A stretch of DNA of 62,560 nt, filler included, from Hausera hauseri (GCA_046269625.1; 11 parts of 11 records of this genome joined end to end with filler, not necessarily neighbours in it), one strand, 5' to 3'. Positions 1 through 11,395 are shown, numbered from the whole stretch's first letter. Numbers and translations are program-made. Notes: generated from the letters alone by a model not told the origin.

Positions 1-939
1 AAAACAATAAATATATGGGCCGGGTGATATTTACTTGAGCAGTTTCGCTCGGTGTTTTGTACGTGTCCGAATCAAGTCCAATAGAAGCCAGTAATTTTTT
101 ACGGTCTCCGCCAACATACACGGGTTCGGTTAGATCCGTTAAAATATTGATTCGATGAAATGCTTCGCAGAGACATGGTTTGTGTTTAGCAACCACGGAC
201 CGTCCTCCGCCGGTTTGACCGAATTCTCGTTTCTTAAAACCCAGATTCCGTTCCAATAGTTCAACAAAGGAAAAATATGTAACATTGTCATGTAGTGTAA
301 ACGAAATACGACCATTAGAGTTTAATTCAAATGTCTTTAGAGCCAATTTAGCTATAACCTTGATGTTTGCGCACAATTCTGTTTCCGTTTCAGTAAGAAA
401 AGCAGTTCTTTTTGCATGAGAGTAAAAAATTCAGTCTTTTGCCAGTTCACTGTAATATCGGTGGTTTTCATGGAAAAGTTCTATTCTTCACTAATTATAC
501 TCTGTCTACCGAGCTGTAGACCTTTCGAGCGCACATTGACAGATTGAAAACCCCAAGCCTAAGCGTCGGCTTGTAATTGAAATTGCAATTCAATCGGATG
601 TTTGTGTTTTAGAGTCAATTGATTGTTTAAATGAAAAATATGTACCAGGAAATATTGCCGCTTGTAATTGCGAACGTGAAATATTCCATTAGAGTCTCGG
701 ACTAACTGCAAACGATTAGAGGCAGGAGATTGTCTTACTGGAGTATAGTATATTCCACAGTTCTCACGAATTGTTATTGGTGAAAATGTAAGCGTCAATT
801 CCGCCAAAGCCACTTCCCAGGCTCCTTGGCGTAAGTCGAGCGGCTGGTCCAACGCCATGTTAAACCGTTCAGTGGTATTGTTGTTGTTGTCATGTTCTGA
901 TAATCTGTTACTCTCAAGTACCAAGTAAATACTCATCAC
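1..939 (-). pseudogene. Polinton minor capsid (penton-like) protein, truncated at contig edge
   Basis: N-terminus MSIYLVLESN...FNMALDQPLDLRQGAWEVALAELT fits the Polinton minor capsid pattern (YLxLPSN...LxxPxxLxGxWEVGLxE). In-frame stop at 559-561, with similarity to 52077-53013 continuing beyond it. Confidence 0.8.
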
Positions 940-2045
940 TCAATCTGCGATGCAAATATCCAACTCGGTGTATTGTATTCGTGCCACGTCACCAGATATT
1001 GTTTATTTGAACCTTTGCCGCGTGAACGCAGAATTTCCTGAATACGATATACATTAGGTTTTTCCGACAGTACGTGCAGTTCTTGTTCGTAGAATTTACC
1101 GCATATTTCCTCACCGTTTTCATCCTCTAAAACGTACATGACAGGTGTTTTTTCCGTTTATTGCCGAAATTCGGAAAACCTCGTCGCTCCAGTTCTTATT
1201 GAAATTCTTAATGAATGGCGTCGTACTTATTTTCAAAATACGTGCGTAAGCACTGATTTTATATTTTGGACGTTTAACTGCCTGTCGTTGTCGGTTTTGA
1301 TAAAACCACATCTCCACATCATCGATTACACCCACCGGCCGTAATCCATTGATGCCACGATGTGTCGAATGATTGTATGCATGAATAACATCCGGCAGTA
1401 CATCTACCCAGAATTTGTTTAGGTGACCGTGCAATATTTGATTAAATAGTTCAAGGAGTGCAGATTGTATTGGAAAAACACCGAGTAGTGATTTACGCCG
1501 AACCGTTTCAAGACCGCTGCAACGTGGGCGTTGCAGAATTCCTTACCCAAATCCGTTTGTAAATGCTTTGGCTGTTGTTATTCTTATTGTATCAGTGTCT
1601 GAACAGCGTCGGCAATATCTTTACCGGATTTAGATTTCACGGCAATTGCACACGCAAACCGACTAAACACGTCAACGCATGTCAGCACGTACAGATACCC
1701 ATCGTTGAATCATTTCCATCGTTGAATCATTTCCATTAAATCCATTTGTCATACGTTATTTACACTGGTAGCACGGCATGCACGAGTTGGAAACCGCCTT
1801 CTTATCTGTTTGTTTTGGCTGTATGCTAACTGTTTCCCGAGCCAACGTTTGGTCTGTTGCCGAGTCTGTTTGACAGTCTTTGCTAGTTTGTCAACGCCGG
1901 TATACCCGACGAAATCACGAGGATCGAACCACACGTCGCCCACCGTTGTCGTCGGTGGTGTTGCTTTTGCTTGTATTACAACAATTTGAACGAAACGTAA
2001 ATGAAAGACTCGGTAAACTGGGAGAGAAAGATGAAAAACATGCAC
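936..2045 (-). pseudogene. Polinton c-integrase (rve) with C-terminal chromodomain
   Basis: WFDPRDFVGYTGVDKL, QMDLME, YVLTCVDVFSRFA, LQTDLGKEF, WVDVLPDVIHAYNHSTHRGI, NWSDEVFRI, GKFYEQEL, then chromodomain YRIQEILRSRG...YLVTW...SWI. Broken by stops and frameshifts. Confidence 0.9.
1699..1732. repeat. 17-bp tandem duplication (CCATCGTTGAATCATTT x2) within integrase
   Basis: Directly visible. Not present at the homologous position in copy B. Confidence 0.85.
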
Positions 2046-2087
2046 CCATATCGCCGAACCATCATATACTTACCGTCATTGTTTGTA

Positions 2088-2459
2088 CTAAATTGTTAAA
2101 CCAATGAATCCACCCAGTAATGAAATGACAACCGGTAGAATTGCACCAAGGAATCCGCCATCTTGCTGGTACATGGCTTCTCGTTTCAGTCGTTTACTAC
2201 GGGCGTTGGCAAGGCCAATTAGTCGCTTTCGATACTTTTGTAAATTCCGCTCTCCACTACCAATGTCAATGTGACACACAACGATATTGTACAAAATTTG
2301 AATCAAATCGTCCACAACAAATTGCGGGAATGATCGCAACATGTTTCGCTTATATCTTGTAGATGCCTTGAGCAAAGCAATAAAGTATGGCTGAATATGT
2401 TTTAATCGCATTTTTGGACGTGTTGATGCTGAAACGTAATTGTTTATAACCGTTGACAC
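2088..2459 (-). CDS. Conserved small basic Polinton protein (PW-like) with C-terminal GGFLG amphipathic segment
   Basis: ALLKAS...LIQILYNIV...LQKYRKRLIGLAN...QQDGGFLGAILPVVISLLGG. Typical Polinton ORF lying between ATPase and integrase. Confidence 0.7.
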   Translation of the reverse strand: MSTVINNYVSASTRPKMRLKHIQPYFIALLKASTRYKRNMLRSFPQFVVDDLIQILYNIVVCHIDIGSGERNLQKYRKRLIGLANARSKRLKREAMYQQDGGFLGAILPVVISLLGGFIGLTI

Positions 2460-2614
2460 TGAGACGGTAATTTGCGTCTAGCTGCTGCTTTTGTTGTTCG
2501 AAGCACAAAAGTTATTAATCGCTTGGCTGTAGCAGTTCGTTTTGTTACACGTTTCTTGCCGGGCAACCGCTTGGTAGGTTTACGTTTAACAATTGTTTTT
2601 CGGAAATTCTTCAT
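2444..2614 (-). CDS. Small K/R-rich putative core/DNA-condensing protein (56 aa)
   Basis: MKNFRKTIVKRKPTKRLPGKKRVTKR...AARRKLPSQCQRL. Homologue starts at 50374. Confidence 0.5.
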   Translation of the reverse strand: MKNFRKTIVKRKPTKRLPGKKRVTKRTATAKRLITFVLRTTKAAARRKLPSQCQRL

Positions 2615-2623
2615 TTTATCACA

Positions 2624-3281
2624 ATCATGTCGTCGATTTTCGAATTTGTTTATAGACACATACACCTTTCTTATTTGAAATATCTGTTTGTACACGCATG
2701 TTATCGGTATACTGCTGTATAAAGTGAATAAAGAGATATCCATGCGATTTGTTCGTAACATCATGCTATGCATCTACCCAGTAGGCTAAATTGTGAGAAA
2801 ATGCTTGTCATGCAACATAATCAATGATAGTCTGATCACGGTGATTTTTGAACAACACCAAATAGTATACGTTTAGATTTCTTGTTATATGCTGTCTTAC
2901 CTGATGGAACATTTTTTTTGTAATGAAAAGAACCGTCACATCACGGTATCGAGCAATCTTCGTAAACAGGTTGTTGAAGTCCGATTGTTTCGCGGCTTTC
3001 TGAAATAAATCGTCAATGACAATAACGTCACTGTTGCGTAATCTCTCAAACCACTTCTCATCCAACCCACCTATAACCGTCATGGATTTCAGTTTACAAA
3101 ATTCCCGATGTGTCAAACCAGACTCACCATTTTTACAAACATCGTGATGCCAGTAAATGTTATTGTACCGCGGCGAATAGAACATGTCACTGTAGTTTTG
3201 CAACTGTTTACACAAAAATTGTGTGTTACCACTTCCAATGGGGCCTAAAATCTGGAAAATTGCATCATTCTTCAGCTTCAT
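2624..3281 (-). pseudogene. Polinton DNA-packaging ATPase (FtsK-HerA/A32-like)
   Basis: Degenerate Walker A GPIGSGNT, Walker B VIVIDD, FTKIARYRDVTVLFIT and YLVLFKNHRD. Premature stop at 2808-2810. The 3' end is approximate. Confidence 0.88.
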
Positions 3282-3316
3282 CTAAATAATAATATAATCT
3301 TTCCTCACATGATTTG

Positions 3317-3347
3317 TTTATAATCATGTCACAAGCACATATAAATA
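3317..3347. promoter_or_regulatory. Back-to-back TATA boxes (putative bidirectional promoter for ATPase and TBP-like gene)
   Basis: TATAAA on - strand (3317-3322) and TATAAATA on + strand (3340-3347). Both are conserved in copy B (49696-49701 +, 49676-49683 -). Confidence 0.5.
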
Positions 3348-3373
3348 GCTACAGTATAAAAACTGTTTCCATA

Positions 3374-3805
3374 ATGTTAGCTAATATCAATTATCTCGGA
3401 TATGTTACCCAGTGTGACATTAACACACAACCTTTTAATCCATGGAAGCCGAGGCAGTATATCCTCAAGTGTCCACCGGATTTTACATGCATAGTATTTC
3501 AATCGGGAAGGTGTCGTATTATGGGTTGTCGCAAACCAACCACAGCTGACAACAGTAACAGTAAACTACTTCCATTCGGAGTTGTCATTGACCAAATACA
3601 ATCAATAACGGTATCGACTCAGTTAGGCTGTCCATCAATAAATTTATACAAATTAGCAATGACCACTGAATGCACGTATGAACTTGAACTGTTTCCTGCA
3701 CTGAGACTGACATTGTTTTGCCAATTTTGAGTCAATGTGTTTAGCAGTGGAAAAATTGTTGTACTTGGTATTCGGACAGTGAACTATGAATCGATCATTA
3801 ATTAA
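3374..3805 (+). pseudogene. Minimal TATA-binding-protein (TBP)-like protein
   Basis: Repeat 1: LANINY...TCIVFQSGRCRIMGCR. Repeat 2: IQSITVS...INLYKLA...YELELFPALRL...*VNVFSSGKIVVLG. Compare TBP YEPELFPGL...LIFVSGKIVLTG. In-frame TGA at 3728-3730. Confidence 0.85.
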
Positions 3806-3859
3806 ATTAAAAACCACAAAAATATTTCAGCGAATCAAAATAATGTACTCTGCACAATA

Positions 3860-4489
3860 ATGACAAACTACAAATACTATTCCCATGCTCACTCAGACAC
3901 TACTACCATGGAAGACGATGATAAAACGATTCAACTCATTGATGATGATGACGATGATGGTGGTTGTGACAATGTTGAAAGTTCAGACTGGTCGTGGTTG
4001 TTTGGCTACAGAAAGGACAAATCTAATGTCAAATTGCTGGAAGCGAAAACACAACCTGCCCAACAGGTATAAAAATGGAATTGCCTTTAGGACGATTATG
4101 ATGTCGATTGCCTAGAAACGAAAAAGAAACTTGCTCAGAAATCACCAGCACAAAACCGACGTTAAAAAGGCAAATGGTAATGATTGGAATACGTGAACGA
4201 AAATCAAAACCGTCGCGCCAAACATAGACACTTTTATCGAAGCGAATTTTTTGCAAGTATGAAATGCAATTTCTTCAAATATCCGTTCTCATTTCATTGA
4301 ATGATCCCGTGTTTTTATGCGCACCCAAGTACAGCTATCGCGTAAAATGGCTTTCGGGTGAAAATTTGGATAAACTTTCTGATGCTCTAATTCAACTAAA
4401 CGTGGATTTAAAGTTGAACGAAACGACCGTGCAACAGCAATCTGTCGTTTTACCGCCTCAGAAAACGAAATTGTTTGATTTTATCGGTC
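3860..4489 (+). pseudogene. Unknown Polinton ORF(s): acidic DWSWLFG region and ISLNDPV...LSDALxQLNxDLKL domain
   Basis: Both peptides are conserved in copy B (48438-49120). The acidic part is in the same frame as the TBP-like ORF. Confidence 0.55.
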
Positions 4490-4589
4490 NNNNNNNNNNN
4501 NNNNNNNNNNNNNNNNNNNNNNNNNNNNNNNNNTTAATTAATTAANNNNNNNNNNNNNNNNNNNNNNNNNNNNNNNNNNNNNNNNNNNN
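4490..4589. other. Artificial contig linker (N44-TTAATTAATTAA-N44)
   Basis: Identical 100-bp linkers at 8846-8945, 12954-13053, 17815-17914, 23072-23171, 28405-28504, 32623-32722, 38582-38681, 44132-44231 and 56782-56881. The core has stops in all six frames. Confidence 0.98.
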
Positions 4590-5157
4590 CCCTAAGTATG
4601 AAGACTTCTAGTTTTCCATGCAATATTATGGGTGTTTCATATCACTCACACTGACTTTAGTAAATTGCTAGTGTGTTACAAGGAATTTATGTACAACAGT
4701 AACCAAGGTTAAATATTTAAAATTCTAATGAAATTCATTTAAATAATGTATTTAAACAAAAGAATGCAATTTTAATGCAATCTATACTACAATATAAATG
4801 CAATTTTGCAGTATAAAAAGCCAAAAAATTATTTTTGCAATAAAAATTGTGAAAATTTTGGTCCAATATTCTGCTTGATAGCAGTGGATAATTTATTATT
4901 CTATTGACCAAAATCGGGCAGGGGAGGCGAGTACGTATTAGACAACGTATCATTTGGTGAACAATGGAACATGTCACAAAAATCATTTCATTAAAAATCC
5001 GACATCATACAAATTTCAATATTGCAATAAAAACAAAAGACAAAAAAATCTATTTATATAAAATATAATCCTCTCAGTTAGAGACAAAAATAATCCAAGT
5101 AAATAACTGTTTTGCTTTTATTTTTTGTAGTAAAATGCAATAGAAATTTTTTCCAAC

Positions 5158-8100
5158 TCAGACGTTGGACATTTCCGATTTCAATTTGACAGTTAATTTC
5201 CCACTTTTCCACGGTTGTTTGAGTAGAAGAGGATGGAAATTATCCGGAAGTGGACGACTCATTTTATCGATCGATACGACTAAACAGAATTTGTTGAGGT
5301 CATCATTGGAATACTGAGGTGCGCATGGATTCCTTTGTAGTGCCGTATCGTTTAGTTGTTGAACGATGAGTTTGATAACGTTCCCAGTCGTTGTTTGAGA
5401 TGTTAATGATATTTTAACGGATGTTCCTTCGAGTAGACCACACGGATAACCGGCATAAATACGTAGGGTACCTTTTGGGATTTGTTTTCGTGGAGGGGTA
5501 GCAACATGATTATCGTCGACATCAATGGGCTTATCATGGATGTCATTGATGTGAGAGTCCGTTTTGTTGATGTCATTAACGGGGCTATTGGATTTGGATT
5601 TATCTGATCGATTTTTGTGAATAGGTGATCGACGAATAGGACTTCGGCTGGGTCGTTTCAATAACGGAGAAGCATCGGAATCACTCGATGAGATATTCCT
5701 TAATGAGGTAGGACTGACACTATCTGATGGAACATTCAAGTTATATATATCATGTTTGTCGGACAGTGAGGTGCTGGAACTGCCCCATGGATTCGATTCT
5801 GGACAGTGTATTTCTGTAAAAAGAACTGTCTGAGATGATGCATCAGTGTTTACCACAGTCTGTAGAGGGATAGTCAAGAATGATGAAATCTGCTTATCCC
5901 TGCAGTTGTTAATGACATCAACGGACCAGCGCATAATTTTGCAGTACTGTTCCAATTTATTTTGAATATCCTGAAATTGTTCTAAACGCTCTTTGCTTTG
6001 GTCAATTTCATGCTGATCGAAACCTTGCCGTAAACTCTGATAGGCCAATGGTAACAAAAGGTCCAAACATGAACTCAGTGTTGACCAAGACGAGAATGAA
6101 CCATCTTCAGATAGATGAGCGTAAAAATGGTAAAATTCAAAGGCATGCAGAGGGACCCATTCGTAATCCAATGGTAGAATAATTTCACTACCCGGAACAC
6201 CACAAAAATCTTCAAGTGCTGGTACGATTAGTATTATTCGAACTCGTGGCTTTATCCACAAAACTTCTTCCAAATACAGTCGACAATGTTCAATATCGGG
6301 TAGTTTTAATTTTAAATTAACTTGTAGTTTCTGCCACGTTTTGACAATTGCACTCTGAAATTTTAAACATCGTTTGTCTGTCGAATTATTGGGAGTCTCT
6401 GTCGAATGTTTAAGCGAAAGTATATGGCTCCATTCATCCTTGTCCACGTGCCAATTGTCGCGAATTTTAACAATCGGTATTGTGTTTGGATTAAACAAAT
6501 GCTGTTGAATGTAAAGTTGATCGAGTGTACTTTTAAAACGGGCATAACCCAGATAAAGTCCATCTTCCATTGTATGGGTAATTCGTTTATTAAAAGCTAG
6601 ATAACTATCCATCTTGCCGTAGAGTTCTTCTTCGAGACCGCTTTGTGAAGAGACTGAATCGTTAATATTGCCCGTCGATTTGGTTATTTTTGAGCCGAGT
6701 GTCCATTTGAGACCAGCAGGTAGAGTAATGTGTTTAGCAACGGAAACAAGTCTACTTAACACAATTACACTGTAATTCGTCTCATGTATGACACCAGAAT
6801 ACACAAGTCCGAGATCTGTCGTACCAAGTGTGAGTTGCAATTGCAATGCAGCGAATATTAATTTCACCCTTATCTGCATGCTAGCCGGAACTTGAATCCG
6901 TCCAAGAACCTCCACCATTAATTTCAAATCGGGTTTATTAGCTAGAAGTCTCATAAACCAAACTATTTCAACATTAATAGCTTGTAGACTGGGTTGTTCT
7001 TCATCAACCAAAACGAATGGTAATTGGTCTTCACCAAAACTTAACACCTTCTCCGTATCTTGTGCTTTAAAAACGAGACTCAAATAAAGACCATGTTTTG
7101 GTTGACGAACAAACTTACTGGACGACGAAAACAAAGCCTTCAACAAAGATTTTCGACCGGTTATTCCAGGAATGTGTAACTTGTTCGACTCATTCTGTTC
7201 ATTGTTATTACCTTGAATGATTTTGTTATGGCTTCGAATACTCGACAACCAGAATTGTAGTTGCTGTTCCATTTTCATTTCTTCGACATCAAAACGTGTA
7301 ACATACCACTGCTGGGGATGGGAACAACGCCGACTGCCTGTAAATTCTGAAGATTGTGTGATAACCTCAGTCCAACAGGACGGTGCTGAACATGATGGAA
7401 CACTAGCAACTTTGGCTCCGGCACCTTTAAGATTCATTGAACTCACTCGAACATAATAGTCAACTTGTGGAGATAGATCACAAATCTGATATCTACCAAT
7501 GGGGAATTTTGTCCGAACAATAATTTCATCATCAATTTCACTGAAATCCGCATGTTGAGACCACTCGATTTTATATCGAGTTACGATACTATCCGATGGG
7601 GGCGAAACAGTCACGAGCAAAGAATTCAAACCGGCAACTTCAAGCGTTACCTTTCTGGGCGGAGAACCGGGTTTCATTTGTTCAAAGTTCGATTTCAGGG
7701 TATTAATCTGTCGATGTAACGAATCGAGCACTTCCACATCACGATTGATAGATCCGATACTACCACCGTACATGTGGCTGCATAATTCCAACATTTGACT
7801 GGTACAATTATTGGCAACAATTGTCAAATGTCGTTGGAGCAGCTTTGGGTCGTTTTCGAAACAAACGCTATTCCGTCCACCGCTTTCAATGAGTCGCTTT
7901 GCCAGAGTCGAATAATTATAGAGCATCGCAACGTCAAGCGGAGTAAGATCGAAATTGTTATGGTTATTTACAATACCGGGATGGCTGTTTAAAAGCGATT
8001 CAACAGTTTTCAAGTCATTATTATTTACAGCGGTAAAGAGCATTCCAATTTCTCGTTGCATCAATTTCCCATCGTTCCAAACCAGACTCAAATCGTCACG

Positions 8101-8613
8101 GAGTTCGGTAAGATTTTTTGCACTACCGGAACGCGGCATTCGTTTGTTAAATGATCGAGAAATTTTCATTAAATTCGGTTCGTTCATTTGGACGGTTTTT
8201 AAATCATCTTGCAATTTCTGACTATGATCAATACTGTGTGAACGATTAGTTCGAGAATTGAGAACAAACACCGTTGTGTCACTGTGTTTTCGATGGTATT
8301 CGTTCGTTCGATTAGCAACACCTGGACTTTTATGTCTGACACGATATTTAATCTTACCTGGTGGCGAAATGGCTCGAGACTTTTGAAATTGAGATAGTTT
8401 TCGTTCGCGAGTTTCTGACTGATTATTTGAATCAGTAGCAATCGCCGTTACTCTATTCGTTAACTCGGATTCATGAACAGTTTTATTCATTGAATCGTGT
8501 GTGTTTTCATTCGAACTGGCATTGGTGTTGTTCAATTCAATGCTGGAAGCAGTATCGCTTTTACCGAATCGTTTACGTTTATCAGTCAAATAGGTGAATG
8601 ACTTTCCGAGCAT
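5158..8613 (-). CDS. ANKFN1: Ankyrin-repeat and fibronectin type III domain protein (ANKFN1 / wide awake family) with C-terminal Ras-association domain, intronless
   Basis: 1151-aa uninterrupted ORF. ANK repeats (LFTAVNNND...LTPLDVAML), FN3 (VTRYKIEWS...DLSPQVDYYVRVSSMNLKG...PSCW), HGLYL and DGLYLGY blocks, RA-like GTLRIYAGYPCGLLEGTSVKISLTSQTT...VIKLIVQQLN. Confidence 0.88.
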   Translation of the reverse strand: MLGKSFTYLTDKRKRFGKSDTASSIELNNTNASSNENTHDSMNKTVHESELTNRVTAIATDSNNQSETRERKLSQFQKSRAISPPGKIKYRVRHKSPGVANRTNEYHRKHSDTTVFVLNSRTNRSHSIDHSQKLQDDLKTVQMNEPNLMKISRSFNKRMPRSGSAKNLTELRDDLSLVWNDGKLMQREIGMLFTAVNNNDLKTVESLLNSHPGIVNNHNNFDLTPLDVAMLYNYSTLAKRLIESGGRNSVCFENDPKLLQRHLTIVANNCTSQMLELCSHMYGGSIGSINRDVEVLDSLHRQINTLKSNFEQMKPGSPPRKVTLEVAGLNSLLVTVSPPSDSIVTRYKIEWSQHADFSEIDDEIIVRTKFPIGRYQICDLSPQVDYYVRVSSMNLKGAGAKVASVPSCSAPSCWTEVITQSSEFTGSRRCSHPQQWYVTRFDVEEMKMEQQLQFWLSSIRSHNKIIQGNNNEQNESNKLHIPGITGRKSLLKALFSSSSKFVRQPKHGLYLSLVFKAQDTEKVLSFGEDQLPFVLVDEEQPSLQAINVEIVWFMRLLANKPDLKLMVEVLGRIQVPASMQIRVKLIFAALQLQLTLGTTDLGLVYSGVIHETNYSVIVLSRLVSVAKHITLPAGLKWTLGSKITKSTGNINDSVSSQSGLEEELYGKMDSYLAFNKRITHTMEDGLYLGYARFKSTLDQLYIQQHLFNPNTIPIVKIRDNWHVDKDEWSHILSLKHSTETPNNSTDKRCLKFQSAIVKTWQKLQVNLKLKLPDIEHCRLYLEEVLWIKPRVRIILIVPALEDFCGVPGSEIILPLDYEWVPLHAFEFYHFYAHLSEDGSFSSWSTLSSCLDLLLPLAYQSLRQGFDQHEIDQSKERLEQFQDIQNKLEQYCKIMRWSVDVINNCRDKQISSFLTIPLQTVVNTDASSQTVLFTEIHCPESNPWGSSSTSLSDKHDIYNLNVPSDSVSPTSLRNISSSDSDASPLLKRPSRSPIRRSPIHKNRSDKSKSNSPVNDINKTDSHINDIHDKPIDVDDNHVATPPRKQIPKGTLRIYAGYPCGLLEGTSVKISLTSQTTTGNVIKLIVQQLNDTALQRNPCAPQYSNDDLNKFCLVVSIDKMSRPLPDNFHPLLLKQPWKSGKLTVKLKSEMSNV

Positions 8614-8945
8614 TGTGCCATAAAAAACAACAGATGATGTGCTGATGCATGTGCGATTTGCACACCGATAAAGTTCAATTAATGAATATCCGATAGAAAT
8701 CGGTTAGTCTGTCAGCAAATATCGAGTTGTGTGTTGGGAAGTTCAATTCGAGCTAAAAAACAGAAAACTTGAGATAACATTTTAGTGTAATGCAAAAGTT
8801 AAGATTAAAATCAAAATCAAAATCAACTTAATAAATAATATAGAANNNNNNNNNNNNNNNNNNNNNNNNNNNNNNNNNNNNNNNNNNNNTTAATTAATTA
8901 ANNNNNNNNNNNNNNNNNNNNNNNNNNNNNNNNNNNNNNNNNNNN

Positions 8946-11395
8946 GGAAACAGACACGTAACCACTACCAAGGATTGCCGAAATACTCGACAAGTTGCAC
9001 GGCTCAACCATATTCACTACAATTGATCTACAGAAAGATATTGGCAAGCAGAAGTAAAGGAGCAGGATGAGCCAAAAACGGCCTTCTCCATAGGAGAAGG
9101 GTTGTGGAAATTCAATAGAATGCCATTTGGATTAAAGAACGGGCCCTCGACTTTTCAAAGAGGAACAGAATTATTACTCCTAGATGCACCACATGTCATA
9201 GTATATATCGGTGATGTAATTATAGCATCTTCGGATTTCCAACAGAATTTGAAGGACATACAAGATCCCTTTGATAGATATGAAGAAATTGGTTTAAAAA
9301 TAAACTGGAAGAAATTTTCATTTGCTCAAACCGAAGTTAATTTTCTCTGACATCGAGTTGATAGGTACGGTGTAAACCTCAAGTTAGACTATTAAATAAA
9401 ATTAAACATTTCCCAACAGCCACTACTGTCAATGAATTATACAAATTTTTAGGATTAGCAAATTATTATCGAAGATTCATAAAGAATTTTAGTAAAGTAG
9501 CCAAACCAATATATGAACTATTACGTGAAGATTTAGAAAAGGTAATATGGACAAGTGAGTGTAAAAAGGCCTTCGAGGACCTGAAAGAAAGATTATTAAA
9601 TGTCCCCATCCTGATTTATCCAGATATGACTAAACCATCCATACTGGCAACGGACGCAAACAATTATGGATTAGGAGCGGTATTGTCACAAAAGGGAGAA
9701 GATGGCAAGGAATATCCAGTTGCTTATGCGTCGAGAAAATTAAATAAACACCAAAAGAAATGTTCCGTTATTGAAAAGGAATTACTAGCGGTAATATTCG
9801 CCTTAGAAGTATTCTCACCGTATATTAGTGAGAATAAACCATTGATAATCTACACAGACCATAGACCTCTACAATGGCTAAAGAAACATGAGAACTCCAA
9901 TAGTAGACTACTACAATGGGCTTTAAAACTCCAACCTTATACATTAGATTTTCAATACAAGCCCGGTACACAAAATGCAAACGTGGATTATTTATCAAGA
10001 ATGCAGCAGAAAGAAGTAGAAAAGAAAGAGCTGATTGCAGTGGTATGGAGTATGGATGAATCCGTAAAAAGGATAAAAGAGAATCAACGAGAAGAATAAG
10101 AAATAAAAGCCATTAGAAATTATCTATAAAACAAAATTATACCAAAGGATAAAGAATTGGCTCATCACTTAACCAGATTTAGCGATGCATACAAAGAGAA
10201 AGATGGATTTCTATACTACATTCATCAAAATGGACCTGCACTAGTATTGCCAAAGAAGAATAGAGCGGTACTGCTAACCCAATATCACGATGGATTACTA
10301 GGGGGACATCAATCAGTAAGAAAAACGATAAAAATGTTGAAAAGGAAATACTTCTGGTCTACTATAGCAAATGATGTCCAAGATTGGAGTGACAGTTGCA
10401 AACTTTGTGCCACACAAAAGAATACAGAATCCAAATTTAAAGCTCCCCTGAGAGTATGGGACAATCCACCTGCCCCATTTGAATTTACAGATATGGATAT
10501 AACAGAACCCTTACCATTGACAAGAAACGGGAACAAATATATCTTAGTGTTTGTAAATTATTTCACACGATGGGTCGTTGCACTGCCTATGCCAGATACG
10601 AAAGCTGAAACAATAGCCAAAAAAGTTGTAGAAAACATCATATTTAATTAAGGAGCTCCTCGAATTGCGTTAACAGACCAAGCATCCAACTTAACCGGCA
10701 GTTTCATGCAAGCAATATATCATATTATGAAGATATTAAAGTTGAGGTCAACCCCGGATCATCCAGAGAACAACGGAATGGTTGAAAGATATATAGGAGA
10801 TCTGAAAGAAAAGCTACAAACAGTAGTCAATGTAAGACAGGATGACTGGGATGAGTACATTAATGCGTGTGTCTTTGTGAATAGGACGTATGTGCATGAA
10901 GCTACCAAAGAGACACCCTTTTATATGATGTATTTAAGAGATGCCAGATTACAAATTGATTCGGACTTCAATGTATGGCCTATATCTCAGTTAACGGAAG
11001 TAGAGGAATATAAGCAATTAATGCAGGAACGTCTCCAATTAGCGTATACAATAATAAAGGATAACCAGAAGGAATATAAAATGAAATACAAAAAGTATTA
11101 CGATAAAAAGACAAAGCAACCGATAATCAAAGTAAAAGACAAAATGATGCTATACACGCCATTAAATAAGAAAGGCAAAACATCCAAGCTGGATAGACCT
11201 TATAAGGGACCGTACGAAGTAGAAAAAGTGGATTTACCTAACATATGGTTAAAGAAAAATAACACTAGAATTAAAGTACATGTCAACAGATGTAAACCGG
11301 CATCTAAGGCGAGCGAATTAAGAAACGACGAACAGGAAATAGTATGGGCCATCGACTATAAAAAGAGAAGTAATAAAACTCCGAATTATGAAGCA
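8946..11395 (+). pseudogene. gypsy pol: RT, RNase H, integrase with GPY/F domain
   Basis: MPFGLKNGPSTFQR, YIGD (mutated YxDD), TDANNYGLGAVLSQ, PVAYASRKL, EKELLA, YTDHRPL, HHCC zinc finger, GMVER, PYKGPYEV, VHVNRCKP. Several stops. Confidence 0.93.

Larger units (their letters stand above)
1..4489 (-). mobile_element. Polinton/Maverick (adintovirus-like) fragment, copy A, degraded
   Basis: Minor capsid, c-integrase, small basic ORFs and ATPase on the - strand, TBP-like and unknown ORFs on the + strand. Inverted homologue of ~48460-53013. Confidence 0.92.

Noticed and set aside
3728-3730. Programmed readthrough or recoding in TBP-like, env-like and Polinton genes
   Set aside because: Stops are of all three types, differ in position between homologous copies and co-occur with frameshifts, which fits neutral decay.
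6363-8441. Small ORFs overlapping ANKFN1, and similar antisense ORFs over pol genes
   Set aside because: Shadow ORFs of longer, well-supported coding frames.
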